Source: an uncultured Nitrospiraceae bacterium
GTDB lineage: Bacteria > Nitrospirota > Thermodesulfovibrionia > Thermodesulfovibrionales > Dissulfurispiraceae
Assembly (NCBI GenBank): GCA_963705105.1
Contig: CAVPIW010000012.1
Location: 352,001 to 416,000 of the forward strand
Reading direction: 5' to 3'
DNA length: 64,000 nucleotides
Positions 1 through 10,182 of this stretch are shown in pieces; the first letter of the stretch is position 1, and the number at the start of each line of letters is the position of its first letter. A program made the position numbers and the translations under genes. The notes beneath the pieces are model-generated. The model was not told the DNA's origin, did no database searches, and was given only the letters and a program-made list of their open reading frames with translations.

Positions 1-154
1 GTCACGTATACGTTGCTGAAGACATGGGTGACGGGAGGTGATGCGGCGGAGCAGGAAGTGAGCGAGGGGAGTTGAATCTTTTAACATCCCGTTCCGGGCC
101 TGTGCGGGTCACGGGGCCGGGGATGAATACCATATCAGGAGGAGGTTGCTCACC

Positions 155-718
155 ATGAAGATACGCGATGTCTGCAGGATTCTTGCACTGGTCGTCTGTT
201 TCACTTTTGTCTTTTCTTTGTTTGCCGGTCTGTCCTATGCGAAGACCAAGGGAGAGATCAACGCGAGCGTGAAGGCGGCGATGGACCGCTTCAAGAGGGA
301 TGTCAAGGGGAGCTCCGAATTCCTGAAGGCGGCCAAGGGCATCCTCGTGATTCCCAATGTGACGAAGGCAGGCTTCATCGTTGCCGGGCAGTACGGACAG
401 GGCGCCCTGAAGATCGGCCAGAGGACTGTCGATTATTACAGTATTGCCGCAGGTTCGCTGGGCTTTCAGATCGGCGCCGAGAAGTTCGACCTCGTCATCC
501 TCTTCGTCACCGATAAGGCTTTGAACAGTTTCCGGTCGAGCGAAGGGTGGGAGGCAGGCATGGACGCAGAGGTGACCATGATCGCCGCGGGAATCGACGT
601 CCCTGTGAGCACTCTCGTGAGCCAGCACCCCGTCATCGGCTTTGTCCTCGACCAGAAAGGATTGATGGCCGGTGTGTCCGTTAAGGGGGCGAAGTTCACG
701 AAGATCAAACCGGATTAG
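155..718 (+). CDS. Lipid-binding SYLF (Ysc84-like) domain secreted protein
   Basis: Signal peptide; motifs KAGFIVAGQYGQG, GSLGFQIGA, QKGLMAGVSVKGAKF; SD AGGAGG upstream of ATG 155. Confidence 0.85.
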   Translation: MKIRDVCRILALVVCFTFVFSLFAGLSYAKTKGEINASVKAAMDRFKRDVKGSSEFLKAAKGILVIPNVTKAGFIVAGQYGQGALKIGQRTVDYYSIAAGSLGFQIGAEKFDLVILFVTDKALNSFRSSEGWEAGMDAEVTMIAAGIDVPVSTLVSQHPVIGFVLDQKGLMAGVSVKGAKFTKIKPD

Positions 719-746
719 TGACTTTTCAGGAAAGAGGACTGACGAA

Positions 747-780
747 CCGGCGGGGCTGTCTCAGCGCCCCGCCGGCTTTC
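747..780 (+). terminator. GC-rich hairpin, probable intrinsic terminator
   Basis: CCGGCGGGG...CCCCGCCGG followed by a short CTTTC tail, 30 nt after the stop. Confidence 0.55.
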
Positions 781-884
781 CCGTCTCATCTGCAAAACAG
801 CAATAGTTTCACAAAAGAAAGCAATTTTATCCCTTGCAAAAACCTGCCGAATTGCTATAGTTATATATTGTTGGTGCAACAGGA

Positions 885-1069
885 CATCCGGAAAGGCGGG
901 GTGAAGTGCCGAAAAGCCTTGGTGCTGCGAAACCTTTGCCTTCCCATACGGATCATGTCAGGCTCACGGTTTATGACACAAAGGGTGGAATTCCCAATGT
1001 CCCATTTCAAATGATCATGCTCTCTATCAGCAAGGCATTGAGGCACTTTGTCCCGCCTTTGCATGCAAC
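885..1069. mobile_element. MITE-like element, family 1 (GAAAGGCGGG...CCCGCCTTT inverted ends)
   Basis: Imperfect terminal inverted repeats; homologous reverse-orientation copy at ~26780-26960. Confidence 0.7.
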
Positions 1070-1112
1070 AGGGAAGCTAATAGACGACCGGTAGCACGGG
1101 ATTGAGGAAAAA

Positions 1113-1439
1113 ATGAATCACTTTCGTCATTTTTCTGTTCACCACACGGTCAGGGCGCTCCGAGGCGTCTTCAGCCTGTTTTTCTTATTGAGTTTAATTC
1201 TGACCTCACTTCATCCCGTCATCCTCTGCCTGCCCTGCCAGGGAGAAGCCGTCATCGTCACCCTCGACGTCTGTCACTCCGGCCCTTCGGCGATTTCGGG
1301 GGGTGTGGAGATGCCTTCCCTCCATGAGTTTCATTGTGAGCCGGGAAAACCGGGGTTTGCCGGCTTAGCCGCACCGGTGACCGGGACCGATAGAGAGTTT
1401 ATTGTCTCTTCGCTGATAGAACGCCCTCCGCGGTCGTAA
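1113..1439 (+). CDS. Small membrane protein with CxxC and C-terminal ERPP; DUF2946/CruR-like leader candidate
   Basis: Hydrophobic N-terminal segment, CLPC, LDVCH, ends IERPPRS; SD GAGG. Confidence 0.55.
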   Translation: MNHFRHFSVHHTVRALRGVFSLFFLLSLILTSLHPVILCLPCQGEAVIVTLDVCHSGPSAISGGVEMPSLHEFHCEPGKPGFAGLAAPVTGTDREFIVSSLIERPPRS

Positions 1440-1680
1440 TACTCCTGCCTGTCTTCACAGTCCGGTGACGAACAATCTCTGCCGGTGACGGAAACGTGCG
1501 CTTTCATGATGCAGCGCAATGTTTCTCCGCCGCATAATGATCGTTCAGAGGATGCACGGCATCTCAGGGGCTGCTTCCGCCGTGTAACGGCTGAGTCGGT
1601 TCTGCATCCTTTCATCGGGCGACAACTAACCGGTTGCAAACACTTCATGCGTTGCATGGACCTGTGAGAAAGGAGAAGAT

Positions 1681-3015
1681 ATGAGTATTCGAAACGTCAG
1701 AATAACGCTGGCAATAGTTGTGTTGCTCTTTGTTGCGGCCGTCTCATACCACACGCTCGCCACGGCGGACCCCCGTAAGGGAAACCCAGCCCCGTCGTTT
1801 CTGAGAGAGGAGTCCCTGCGCGGCAGCATGCAGGGCAAGTCCGCAATAGCCCTGGACTTGAACGGTGACGGAAATGACGATCTCGTTGTCGGCGCCCCGT
1901 ACGCGCAGCACAGGGGGGCCTCGGGCGCCCTGCTCGTGTACCTGGGAACTTCCCGAGGTTTTGCGAATCGACCGTCGGCAGTGATCAGCGGCGAGGGCAA
2001 TCTCGGCTGGAGCCTGGTATCACTGGGCGATATAGACGGCGACGGAAAGGACGATTTCGCTGCCGGGGCCGTCAACGGCAGCGGTGACAGCGCGTCCCTC
2101 GCAGGGACGGTCGTCATCTATAAGGGTGGTAAATCCCCACGGGCTGTTGCCGTGCTGGAGGGTGACACGGCACTGGACAGATTCGGCTATGCCCTTGCCT
2201 CGGGAGATGTCAACGGCGACGGGAGGAGCGATCTGATTGTCGGTGCCCCCCTGCATTCGCCGGATCCGTCTCTCTATCAGCAGGGCGCCGTCTATGTCTT
2301 TTTCGGACCCCGGTTCGACAGGGCGGACGCCGTCAAGATTGCCGCGACCACGGCGAACGGCGGCCTCGGCTTCACTGTTGCAGCGGGCGACATCAACAAT
2401 GACGGATTTGATGACGTCCTCCTCGGAGCGAGCGGTAAAGTCATCGTTTACTTGGGCGGTGCTTCATTCTCTCCGGTCACTCCTGACATCGTCTTCACCA
2501 GCAGGGACGCAGGCTTTGGACGTGCCATTGCGGTTCTCTGGGATGTGAACGGCGACGGCTTCAGGGACGTTGCTCTGGGGGCTTTCCAGGCAGTCATCAG
2601 CGGCATTGCCGACTGCGGCCGTCTCTTTGTTTTGAAGGGAGGCCCAGGACCGGGGACGGTCAATGCGGACGTCCCTTCGGACAACAGGCTGGCCGTCATA
2701 GACGGCGAGCTCAATTCCGGGCAGTTCGCCGCAACGGTCGTTTCTGCAAAAGACGCAAGCAGCAACAGCATCCTTGCGGTGAGCGCGACCCATGCAGACG
2801 GCAGCCATTGGCTCATGACGGGCAAGATCTTCCTCTTCGGGCCTGATCTCACCGCGGTGAAGACCATGTCCGGCGAGGGCCGTGACATGCACCTCGGCTC
2901 CTCTCTTGCCGTCGCTCAGGGGCGGTGGGGCGCCCTGCTGGCCGCAGGGGCGCCGACGGAGATGATCAATACCGGTGGTGTGCGGCTTTATGACCTGAAC
3001 GCACCGGCACGGTGA
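1681..3015 (+). CDS. Secreted FG-GAP (integrin-alpha-like beta-propeller) repeat protein
   Basis: Repeated GDxNGDGxxDLxVGAP motifs; signal peptide; SD AAGGAG. Confidence 0.9.
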   Translation: MSIRNVRITLAIVVLLFVAAVSYHTLATADPRKGNPAPSFLREESLRGSMQGKSAIALDLNGDGNDDLVVGAPYAQHRGASGALLVYLGTSRGFANRPSAVISGEGNLGWSLVSLGDIDGDGKDDFAAGAVNGSGDSASLAGTVVIYKGGKSPRAVAVLEGDTALDRFGYALASGDVNGDGRSDLIVGAPLHSPDPSLYQQGAVYVFFGPRFDRADAVKIAATTANGGLGFTVAAGDINNDGFDDVLLGASGKVIVYLGGASFSPVTPDIVFTSRDAGFGRAIAVLWDVNGDGFRDVALGAFQAVISGIADCGRLFVLKGGPGPGTVNADVPSDNRLAVIDGELNSGQFAATVVSAKDASSNSILAVSATHADGSHWLMTGKIFLFGPDLTAVKTMSGEGRDMHLGSSLAVAQGRWGALLAAGAPTEMINTGGVRLYDLNAPAR

Positions 3016-3049
3016 CGGCACCGATCCAGGAAAAGAAAGGGGAAGATCC

Positions 3050-4128
3050 ATGAAAAAGATTGTCATCATCTGTTTGTGTATCGTCTTTCTCGGCGCTGCC
3101 GCTGTGGCTGCCGTGTACGACCAAAGCAATTTTTCCTCCTTCGGGCGGCTGTTCCAGCCTGCACCGGACGGACACATCGTCGGCAAGGACAACGGGCCGG
3201 GTCACGGCACCCATCATCCCGGCGAGGACTGCGGGAAGTGCCACCGCGTCGGCGGAAGGGCGGAGGCTTATCTCTTCACGATGGCGGGTACCCTGTACAA
3301 GGACCGTGCGGGCAGGGAGGTGCTCAAGGGCGGCGAGATCATCCTGGAGGACCGTGACGGCAACGTCATCAGCATGACCAGTAACGAAGCGGGAAACTTC
3401 TGGACCTACTCGCTCCGTCGCGAGCGATCCCTACACCGTATCGACATATCACGGTCACGAGCCCTTCATGCCGCTCTATGTGCTGGACGACAAGGGGAAC
3501 CTCGTCCAGCCGGCCGATCCCGACGATCCAAGGACATGGAAGTACAAGACCTGGGCACGCAAGGGAAGCTCGTCACGGCCTATGGTGAGCATCGCCGGCG
3601 TAGGCGGAGGAACGGCGACGACGACCCGCATGAGCTGCAACATGCACCACGGGGGTATTGCGGCCTCACGGGGGGCCCTTTTCGTCGGCAAGGGAGCCGA
3701 CACTTTCCCGTTATCCCGCCTCGGGCCTGAGTTACCGCAAGCACATCTACCCGATCCTGCGCACCAACTGTGCGCCCTGCCATATTCCCGGCAGCACCGT
3801 GACATCGAAAAACACCAAAACGGACCACGACACGCCTTCCACCGCTGTCGACTACAGTAGCGGTCTCGACCTCATGACCTACGAGGGATCGGCGGTGCAG
3901 TCGCCTGTTTATGACAGCGCCGGCAAGGTCATCGGATCCAAACTGATCTCCAAGGCAGGCGTCAAGAGCGTCGTGGACGTGGGCAGTCCTGAGCGGAGCC
4001 TCCTGTTGCTCAAGACCGTCTCCGGCTCGATGCACGGAGGAGGGGCATTCTGGAACGAACGCGCCCCTGATTATCTCGCCATCAGGCAGTGGATCGCCGA
4101 AGGCGCAAAGGGGCCATCGGACGATTAG
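3050..4128 (+). CDS. Periplasmic c-type cytochrome (~358 aa reconstructed) interrupted by two +1 frameshifts (~3410, ~3693)
   Basis: Signal peptide; CGKCH in the first frame, SCNMHH in the second, CAPCH and WIAEGA in the third; frames join on removing single bases. Confidence 0.7.
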
Positions 4129-4142
4129 ATGACATCGTAGAA

Positions 4143-4193
4143 CAATAAACAAGTCTGACCCCTGAATCACAAAGGGGTCAGACTTGTTTATTG
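4143..4193. repeat. 21-bp perfect-stem palindrome (CAATAAACAAGTCTGACCCCT arm)
   Basis: Perfect inverted repeat with a 9-nt loop; related copy at 6777-6819. Confidence 0.85.
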
Positions 4194-4471
4194 CTTTTAA
4201 GCGCGATGCTCTGCGTGAGCGGGGAGAGTATTTGCCGCCCCTACATAGACTTTTTTCCTCACCGTTAAGAAAAAAGCAAAAAAGGTCAAAAAAAGAGAAA
4301 AAATGTCAAGACAACGCTGGGTTTTTCTGCTATAAAGAAATCAGAAAAGCATTGAGGGTGATTTGTTACAGGGAAAAGCCCATCCTGAAGGCTTGCAAGA
4401 TAAGCACGCTGGGAGTTCGCTATTGATAATTGCTGCTCATGCCTCCGGTGAGGCTAAAGGAGGGTTCAGAC

Positions 4472-6757
4472 ATGCCAATCCCGTTCTACGAAGAGGAGTT
4501 TGAGTTTGCGCAGCCCGACGGAAGTCGGATCAGGCTCATAGGCTGGGGGAACCAGAACAACGCGATCTTTGAAACTCCCGAAGGCTTCACGGTCGTGAAA
4601 GACCCTCTGAGCGGCTTTTACCATTACGCGAAGCCAGCAGACGGGCAGTACCTTGAATCTTCGGGGGTGAGGGTGGGGGCTGCAGACCCCGTAGCCCTGG
4701 GTTTGGCGAGGCACCTCCGGGCCACGAGGAACGTGGTGAGGGCGATGGCCCGGGCGGCGTTTCGTCCCGCTGAATCCAAGAGCCGATGGCAGGTGAGGCG
4801 GGAGAGGGTGAGGTTGGCCCGGCGGATGGCGATGCTGGCACCCGGCATTCTGCCGGCGCCGCCCAGCGAAGAGAGGAAGGGCGAATACGCCGGCCTCTGC
4901 ATTCTCGTCCAGTTTCCTGACGTTCCCGGCAGCATCGTCCAGGCTGACGTGTCGGACTTCTGCAACAAGAAGGGCTACAGCGGCTTCGGAAACAACGGGT
5001 CCGTCTATGACTACTTCTATGATGTCTCCCGGGGCAAGCTCGAGTACACAAACATCGTGACGCCTTACTGCACGGCGAAGAAGCCGAAGGACTATTACAC
5101 GAATAGTGCTATCCCGCAGCCGGTGCGGGCCGTTGAGCTTATCGAGGAAGCGCTTTCCGCCCTGAAATCGGGTGGCTTTGATTTCAGCGAGCTGAGCGTG
5201 GACGACGAGGGCTACGTATACGCGCTGAACGTCTTTTATGCCGGGCCCCGCACCAACGAATGGGCAAAGGGGCTGTGGCCGCACAGCTGGCACCTGGACG
5301 CGCCGTTCGATATCGGAAACGGCAGGAAATTCTACGATTACCAGATCACTGACATGGGCAGCGAACTGTCTCTGGCAACCTTCTGTCATGAAAACGGTCA
5401 TATGATCTGCGATTTCCCGGACCTCTACGACTACGGTCTGGACGATCCGCTCGGTCAGGCCGAGTCGAACGGGGTCGGCGTATACTGCCTCATGTGCGCA
5501 GGCGGGAGTAACAGGAAGAATCCGGCTCAGGTGTGCGGCTATCTCAGGTACAAGGCCGGATGGGCCGACCTGGTGACTCCGATCACGGAGGGCGTCTACA
5601 CGGCGAACGCCGACAGAAACGAGTTCTTCATCCGCGCCAAGAGCCGCACCGAATACTTTCTTGTGGAGGCCAGGCACAAGGAAGGCAGGGACATCTCATT
5701 GCCCGTTTCAGGTCTAGCCATATGGCATGTGGACGAGCTGGGCAGCAATGATTTCGAAGAAATGCAGCCCAACAAGCATTACGAATGCTCGCTCGAACAG
5801 GCAGACAACCTCTTCCAGCTCGAGAAAGGATTGAACATCGGCGACGCGGGGGATCTGTTTGCCGCGCCGGGCAAGGGCAGTTTCGGCGATGCCACGGCCC
5901 CGAGCAGCAGGTGGTGGGACGGCACGTCATCGTGGCTTGAGATAGCCGAGATAAGCCCTCCGGGCCGTCAGATGACCTTCAGATCGAAGGGGGGGGATAC
6001 CTTCAGCAAGACATCGTCTCCCGCCAAGGCCATACCTGACAATAACCAGGACGGGGTGCGCGACATTATTGTCTTTGACGACGGGGCTGTTGTAGGATCT
6101 CTGAAGGTGAGCGTCGACATTACTCACCCGTGGCGGGGAGACCTCAGCCTGACCCTGATATCCCCTTCCGCTAACACTGCCGTCCTCCTGAACAGAAACG
6201 GCGGAGGGAATCCGGACGTGAAAACTACCTTCGACATATCCTCCGCGCCCGATCTTCGCAATCTCGCTGACCGGCCCCTGAAAGGTCAATGGACCCTGTG
6301 GGTGCAGGATCTCGGAGCGTCCGACGAAGGCGTTCTCAACAGCTGGGGCCTTGATGTCGAGTCAAAGGAAGGCGGGCCGGGAGCCGTCATCGAGCTGGAG
6401 GAGCTGTCCGCCGCGAAGATACCGGACAATGACCCCGCGGGAATCACGCGCATCGTGAACACCGATGCCCCCGGTCATGTCAAACACGTTGAGGTGTCCG
6501 TCGACATAACGCACACGTACATCGGAGACCTGATAGTGAGCCTGATTTCACCCCAGGGCACGTCGACGGATCTGCACCACCGGATCGGCGGCTCGCAGGA
6601 CAACCTCATAAAGACCTATACCGTTTCCACGACGCCTGACCTGAACAAACTGACAGGGGAACCGATCAAGGGCGAGTGGCGGCTGAAGGTGGTCGATCAG
6701 GATGCGGCGGATGCGGGCAAACTCAACCGGTGGTCCCTGCGGATCATCCCGTCATAG
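4472..6757 (+). CDS. M6-family (immune inhibitor A-like) metalloprotease with two C-terminal proprotein-convertase P domains
   Basis: HENGHxxxxxPDLY zinc motif; two VDITH..GDL...L.SP.G / G.W.L.V.D modules; SD AAGGAGG. Confidence 0.9.
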   Translation: MPIPFYEEEFEFAQPDGSRIRLIGWGNQNNAIFETPEGFTVVKDPLSGFYHYAKPADGQYLESSGVRVGAADPVALGLARHLRATRNVVRAMARAAFRPAESKSRWQVRRERVRLARRMAMLAPGILPAPPSEERKGEYAGLCILVQFPDVPGSIVQADVSDFCNKKGYSGFGNNGSVYDYFYDVSRGKLEYTNIVTPYCTAKKPKDYYTNSAIPQPVRAVELIEEALSALKSGGFDFSELSVDDEGYVYALNVFYAGPRTNEWAKGLWPHSWHLDAPFDIGNGRKFYDYQITDMGSELSLATFCHENGHMICDFPDLYDYGLDDPLGQAESNGVGVYCLMCAGGSNRKNPAQVCGYLRYKAGWADLVTPITEGVYTANADRNEFFIRAKSRTEYFLVEARHKEGRDISLPVSGLAIWHVDELGSNDFEEMQPNKHYECSLEQADNLFQLEKGLNIGDAGDLFAAPGKGSFGDATAPSSRWWDGTSSWLEIAEISPPGRQMTFRSKGGDTFSKTSSPAKAIPDNNQDGVRDIIVFDDGAVVGSLKVSVDITHPWRGDLSLTLISPSANTAVLLNRNGGGNPDVKTTFDISSAPDLRNLADRPLKGQWTLWVQDLGASDEGVLNSWGLDVESKEGGPGAVIELEELSAAKIPDNDPAGITRIVNTDAPGHVKHVEVSVDITHTYIGDLIVSLISPQGTSTDLHHRIGGSQDNLIKTYTVSTTPDLNKLTGEPIKGEWRLKVVDQDAADAGKLNRWSLRIIPS

Positions 6758-6776
6758 GGAGTGTGAGGCGCGAAGG

Positions 6777-6819
6777 CAATAAACAAGTCTGACCCCATTT
6801 GACATCGGGGTCAGACTTG
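6777..6819. repeat. Second copy of the CAAGTCTGACCCC palindrome
   Basis: Shares 20 nt with 4143-4162; 13-bp stem. Confidence 0.8.
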
Positions 6820-6829
6820 CGATTTGCGT

Positions 6830-7705
6830 TTAAGAGCCTAAATACCTGGTGAACCAGGCGACGCAACGGCGCCAGGCGTCTTTCGCGGCATCGGGCCGGT
6901 AGCTGGGGCGGTAGTCGGCGTGGAAGGCGTGCGGGGCATCGGGATAGATGACGAACTCCACAGTCTTCCCCGCTTTCATCAGCGCCGATTCCATCTCCCT
7001 GACATCCGCGACGGGAATGCCAAGGTCTTTTTCCCCGTACAGGCCGAGGACCGGCGCGTTGATTTGCGCGGCCACATCGATCGGTCCCACCGTACGGATG
7101 CTCGTGGTTTTCGCCGGTTTGAGTTGGCCGTACCAGGCGACGGCCGCCTTTACCTCGCTGTTGCGGGCTGCATAGAGGAATGTGTACAACCCGCCCCTGC
7201 AGAAACCGGTCACGCCGAGCCGGTCGGCCCGGGCCGACGGGTGCTTTTTTGCATATGCCACGAGGGAGTCCATGTCCGCCATCACCCTTTCGTCCGGTAC
7301 GGAGTCGGCCACCTTCCTGACTTCCGCGATGTCGCTCAGGTGCGCAACCCCGCCGTCCCGCGCATAGGGTTCGAAGGTGATTGAGAGAAACCCCGCCTTG
7401 GCGAAACGCCGTGTCACATCTTTGATATGCTCGTGCATTCCGAAGATCTCGGGAAGGACGAGCACGACCGGGTATTTCCCGGCTGCTGCAGGGCATGCCT
7501 CGTAGACCGGCACTGGGAATCCTCCCGAGCTGACCGTCACGTTTGCGGTGGTGAGACCTTCCGGTGAAGTCGTGATGATCTCTCCCCGGACGGGCTTGGC
7601 GGCTGCTGCGAAACCGGCAAGGGCGACCCCCGCCGAGCTCATCCATGCAAGGAACTGCCGGCGGGACATCCCCGCATATGCGTTTGCTATCCAATCTTCG
7701 ATCAT
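6830..7705 (-). CDS. Dienelactone hydrolase family protein with Tat signal
   Basis: SRRQFL Tat motif, EIFG, GFCRGG nucleophile elbow, HAFHAD. Confidence 0.92.
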   Translation of the reverse strand: MIEDWIANAYAGMSRRQFLAWMSSAGVALAGFAAAAKPVRGEIITTSPEGLTTANVTVSSGGFPVPVYEACPAAAGKYPVVLVLPEIFGMHEHIKDVTRRFAKAGFLSITFEPYARDGGVAHLSDIAEVRKVADSVPDERVMADMDSLVAYAKKHPSARADRLGVTGFCRGGLYTFLYAARNSEVKAAVAWYGQLKPAKTTSIRTVGPIDVAAQINAPVLGLYGEKDLGIPVADVREMESALMKAGKTVEFVIYPDAPHAFHADYRPSYRPDAAKDAWRRCVAWFTRYLGS

Positions 7706-7873
7706 AAATACCTCCCTTATCTCAAGTCGATCTCACACAAAGACGCAAAGAAAGACAAAAACGGCCACTCTGCCACAGAGATCACAGAGAGCACAGAGTA
7801 AAGACTTTCATGAAAAACATAATATAATGACAGTGTCGGTAAAAGGCTCTCGTTGCAACGCAAAACTCCGGTT

Positions 7874-8401
7874 TCACGAAACGAGGTCCGCCTCGGCGTC
7901 GAGGTGGATCGTGACGTCTGTACCGACCATCACTCCTCCACCTGGCAATGGATAGTTCCAGGTGATGCCGAAATCCTCCCTGTTCACTACCGTCACGGCC
8001 GAAAATCCGATGCAGGTGTCACCGTCATCGGTCGTTTTCGGTCCACTCCATTCAGCCTCGAAAGCTACCTCTTTTGTCGTGTCCCGGATCGACAGGTCGC
8101 CGTGCACGCGGAACCCGTTCCCGACCGACGGCTCGACTCGGGTGCTCGTGAATGTTATATGAGGATAAGTCGCAACGTCGAAGAAATCTGGGCTCCGGAG
8201 ATGCTCGTCACGCTTTGCTATGCCTGTCCAGATGCCTGCGACGCCGATGGTCACATCGACCTTTGACCGCGTTATATCTTCGGGATCGAAATCGATGGTT
8301 CCGTTTACCGTGTTGAACTGACCGCGCACGTTCGTTATCATCATATGGCGGATTGAAAAGGCTGCGACGGTATGGTCAGGATCGATCACCCAGCGTGCCA
8401 T
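7874..8401 (-). CDS. yceI: YceI family protein
   Basis: WVIDPDHT, RDEHLRSPDFFD, REDFGITW. Confidence 0.92.
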   Translation of the reverse strand: MARWVIDPDHTVAAFSIRHMMITNVRGQFNTVNGTIDFDPEDITRSKVDVTIGVAGIWTGIAKRDEHLRSPDFFDVATYPHITFTSTRVEPSVGNGFRVHGDLSIRDTTKEVAFEAEWSGPKTTDDGDTCIGFSAVTVVNREDFGITWNYPLPGGGVMVGTDVTIHLDAEADLVS

Positions 8402-8478
8402 GGATACCTCCTGAGAGTGATATCGTTTCGGCAGAAATCTGCGCCCTCTCTCATTATACCCTATAGCTGTATGCGCCC

Positions 8479-8696
8479 TCCGGAAAGGCGGGGTGAAGCA
8501 CTCTGGAAAATAGTGTGAGTGTGAGTGTCAGTGTCAGTTATGTCGGGCCGTTCGGGGAACGGCCCCTACAGGATTCCACTCTCCGCGTCATCAACCACCG
8601 GCTTCTATTTCGTCTTTCCTGTCGGCAAAGGTGTCGCCGCAGCAAGGATTTTTCGGCCATCTTCGCCCGGCCTTTCCGGATGGCTTGTGCGACGAT
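8479..8696. mobile_element. Family 1 MITE-like element with a hexamer array and a nested GTAG REP (8545-8570)
   Basis: GAAAGGCGGGG left end, (GTGTSA)n tract, CCCGGCCTTTC right end. Confidence 0.6.
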
Positions 8697-8752
8697 GTGG
8701 TTGAAAGAGCCGGCCAGTCATGAGACAGGCGTCCAGCACCGGAACGCCTGCG

Positions 8753-9679
8753 TTATTTCATACACCGGGGATCCGGGCCGGTGATGTCACCGCCGATGAG
8801 GAGTGCATGGGCGGGGCAGCCGCCGTGACACGCGGCATGAAACAGACACTCAGTATCAGGACAGCGGTTCCCTTCAAACGTCCGGAAGAAGAGAAGGACA
8901 GGATTGTTCCAGATCGCTTCAAAGGGGTCGGAGAAGATATTACCCAGCCTGTATTGCCTGTGGCGGACGAGGAGGTAGCAGGGGTAGACGGACCCGTCGG
9001 GCAGGACGGATATCTTTGTCGTTCCTGCCGGGCAACGAAGGGATGCGAGGTGCGGGTACTCCCCGGTATCGGGGATGAAGCCGGAGCAGGAGACGCCCCT
9101 GAGAGATGGATGGGATATCTGCATCTCCCTGAGGATTTCCCTGTATCGTGGGAACGACATGCTTTCTGCCAAGTCGCCCCGGAAGGGCGTATCCATGAAC
9201 AGGAGGTAACAGGCGATATGCGGGTCGTCCAGATAGGGCCGTGCAGCAGCCGGAATTGTGCCGGCGGCGGTGCAGACGCTTTTCAGCATCGGTTTGGCGG
9301 TGACGATGAAATCATGGAGGCGGGGAGGGACGGGTTCGTCGTTGAGCGAAATGCCGAGACGGAAACGTTTCTGCCCGAAGAGCCCCCACAGCATCTCCAG
9401 AGCCGGGACGTCCGTGCCGTTCGTGCTCATAGTGACGGTCAGACCTTTTTCGCAGGCGATGCTGATGATATCAGAGATATGGGGATGGAGGGTAGGCTCG
9501 CCCCCCAGGACGTCGATCTCCCCGATCCCGAGGCCGGCGATGATGTCGGCAAGCCTCCTGAAATCGGGGAGATCCATGTCGGCAGGGCTGTCCAGCCCCC
9601 GGTTGAAACAGAATGAGCAGGCCCTGTTACAGCGCAGGGTCGGAAAGAACTGAATATACCGGGGACGACGATATCTCAT
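8753..9679 (-). CDS. Radical SAM/SPASM domain protein
   Basis: CNRACSFC, GGEP, SPASM cysteines CPAG...YPC...C..C...CHGGC. Confidence 0.9.
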   Translation of the reverse strand: MRYRRPRYIQFFPTLRCNRACSFCFNRGLDSPADMDLPDFRRLADIIAGLGIGEIDVLGGEPTLHPHISDIISIACEKGLTVTMSTNGTDVPALEMLWGLFGQKRFRLGISLNDEPVPPRLHDFIVTAKPMLKSVCTAAGTIPAAARPYLDDPHIACYLLFMDTPFRGDLAESMSFPRYREILREMQISHPSLRGVSCSGFIPDTGEYPHLASLRCPAGTTKISVLPDGSVYPCYLLVRHRQYRLGNIFSDPFEAIWNNPVLLFFRTFEGNRCPDTECLFHAACHGGCPAHALLIGGDITGPDPRCMK

Positions 9680-9683
9680 GCTA

Positions 9684-9796
9684 TTGCATCAAAAAGGCGG
9701 AGCAAAGCGCCTCAAGGTCTTTCTGACAGCGACAATGATTATGTGGGGTTCGCTCCCCGAGCAGACCGTCAGGCCGTTCGGGGAGCGAACCCTACA
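9684..9796. repeat. Family 1 half-element followed by an inverted GTAG-type REP pair (9742-9796)
   Basis: TTGCATCAAAAAGGCGG arm; GTGGGGTTCGCTCCCCGA...TCGGGGAGCGAACCCTAC. Confidence 0.65.
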
Positions 9797-9841
9797 GTTA
9801 TACAATCCGTCGGCGAAATACTTGCTGAACGGTGTTACGGC

Positions 9842-10162
9842 TCACTTCTCCTTTTTCAGGACGTCATCGGCCCAGCTCAGCGCCGCCGAGACCGTCGGAA
9901 AGCCGATGGTGCTCGTCAGGAGGATGATGGCGTGATAGACTTCTTCCCGCGTGGCACCCGCCTCGAGTGCCCTCCTCGTGTGGGAGTGAACGGAGCCCTC
10001 GGACCGGATGGCCGCCGCTGCAGCCAACTGGATGAGGTGAGTCGTCTTCGTGTCGAGGGGGCCTTCCGTCCGCGCCGCCTTCCCCAGGTTGTCGAGGGCC
10101 TTGAAGACGCCCTTGAACCGCTTCTTGATGCTCACATACTGGTCAGGATATTGCTCAGCCAT
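9842..10162 (-). CDS. Carboxymuconolactone decarboxylase (CMD/AhpD-like) family protein
   Basis: GPLDTKTTHLIQLA, HTRRALEAGATREE, IGFP. Confidence 0.88.
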   Translation of the reverse strand: MAEQYPDQYVSIKKRFKGVFKALDNLGKAARTEGPLDTKTTHLIQLAAAAAIRSEGSVHSHTRRALEAGATREEVYHAIILLTSTIGFPTVSAALSWADDVLKKEK

Positions 10163-10182
10163 ACTTCCCTCCTTAGGCCTCA

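Noticed and set aside
906..1094. Short ORFs within the repeats (also 21932-22222, 37253-37492, 19448-19693, 62342-62872) as a peptide family
   Set aside because: Similarity is explained by DNA-level repeats; starts and frames are not conserved between subtypes
4466..5677. Long antisense and alternative-frame ORFs (e.g. 4466-5677, 10925-12235, 47613-48824, 51970-53499)
   Set aside because: Shadow ORFs of GC-rich genes with no recognisable motifs
8753..9679. This rSAM/SPASM gene as a second RiPP cluster
   Set aside because: No precursor, RRE, protease or transporter is adjacent
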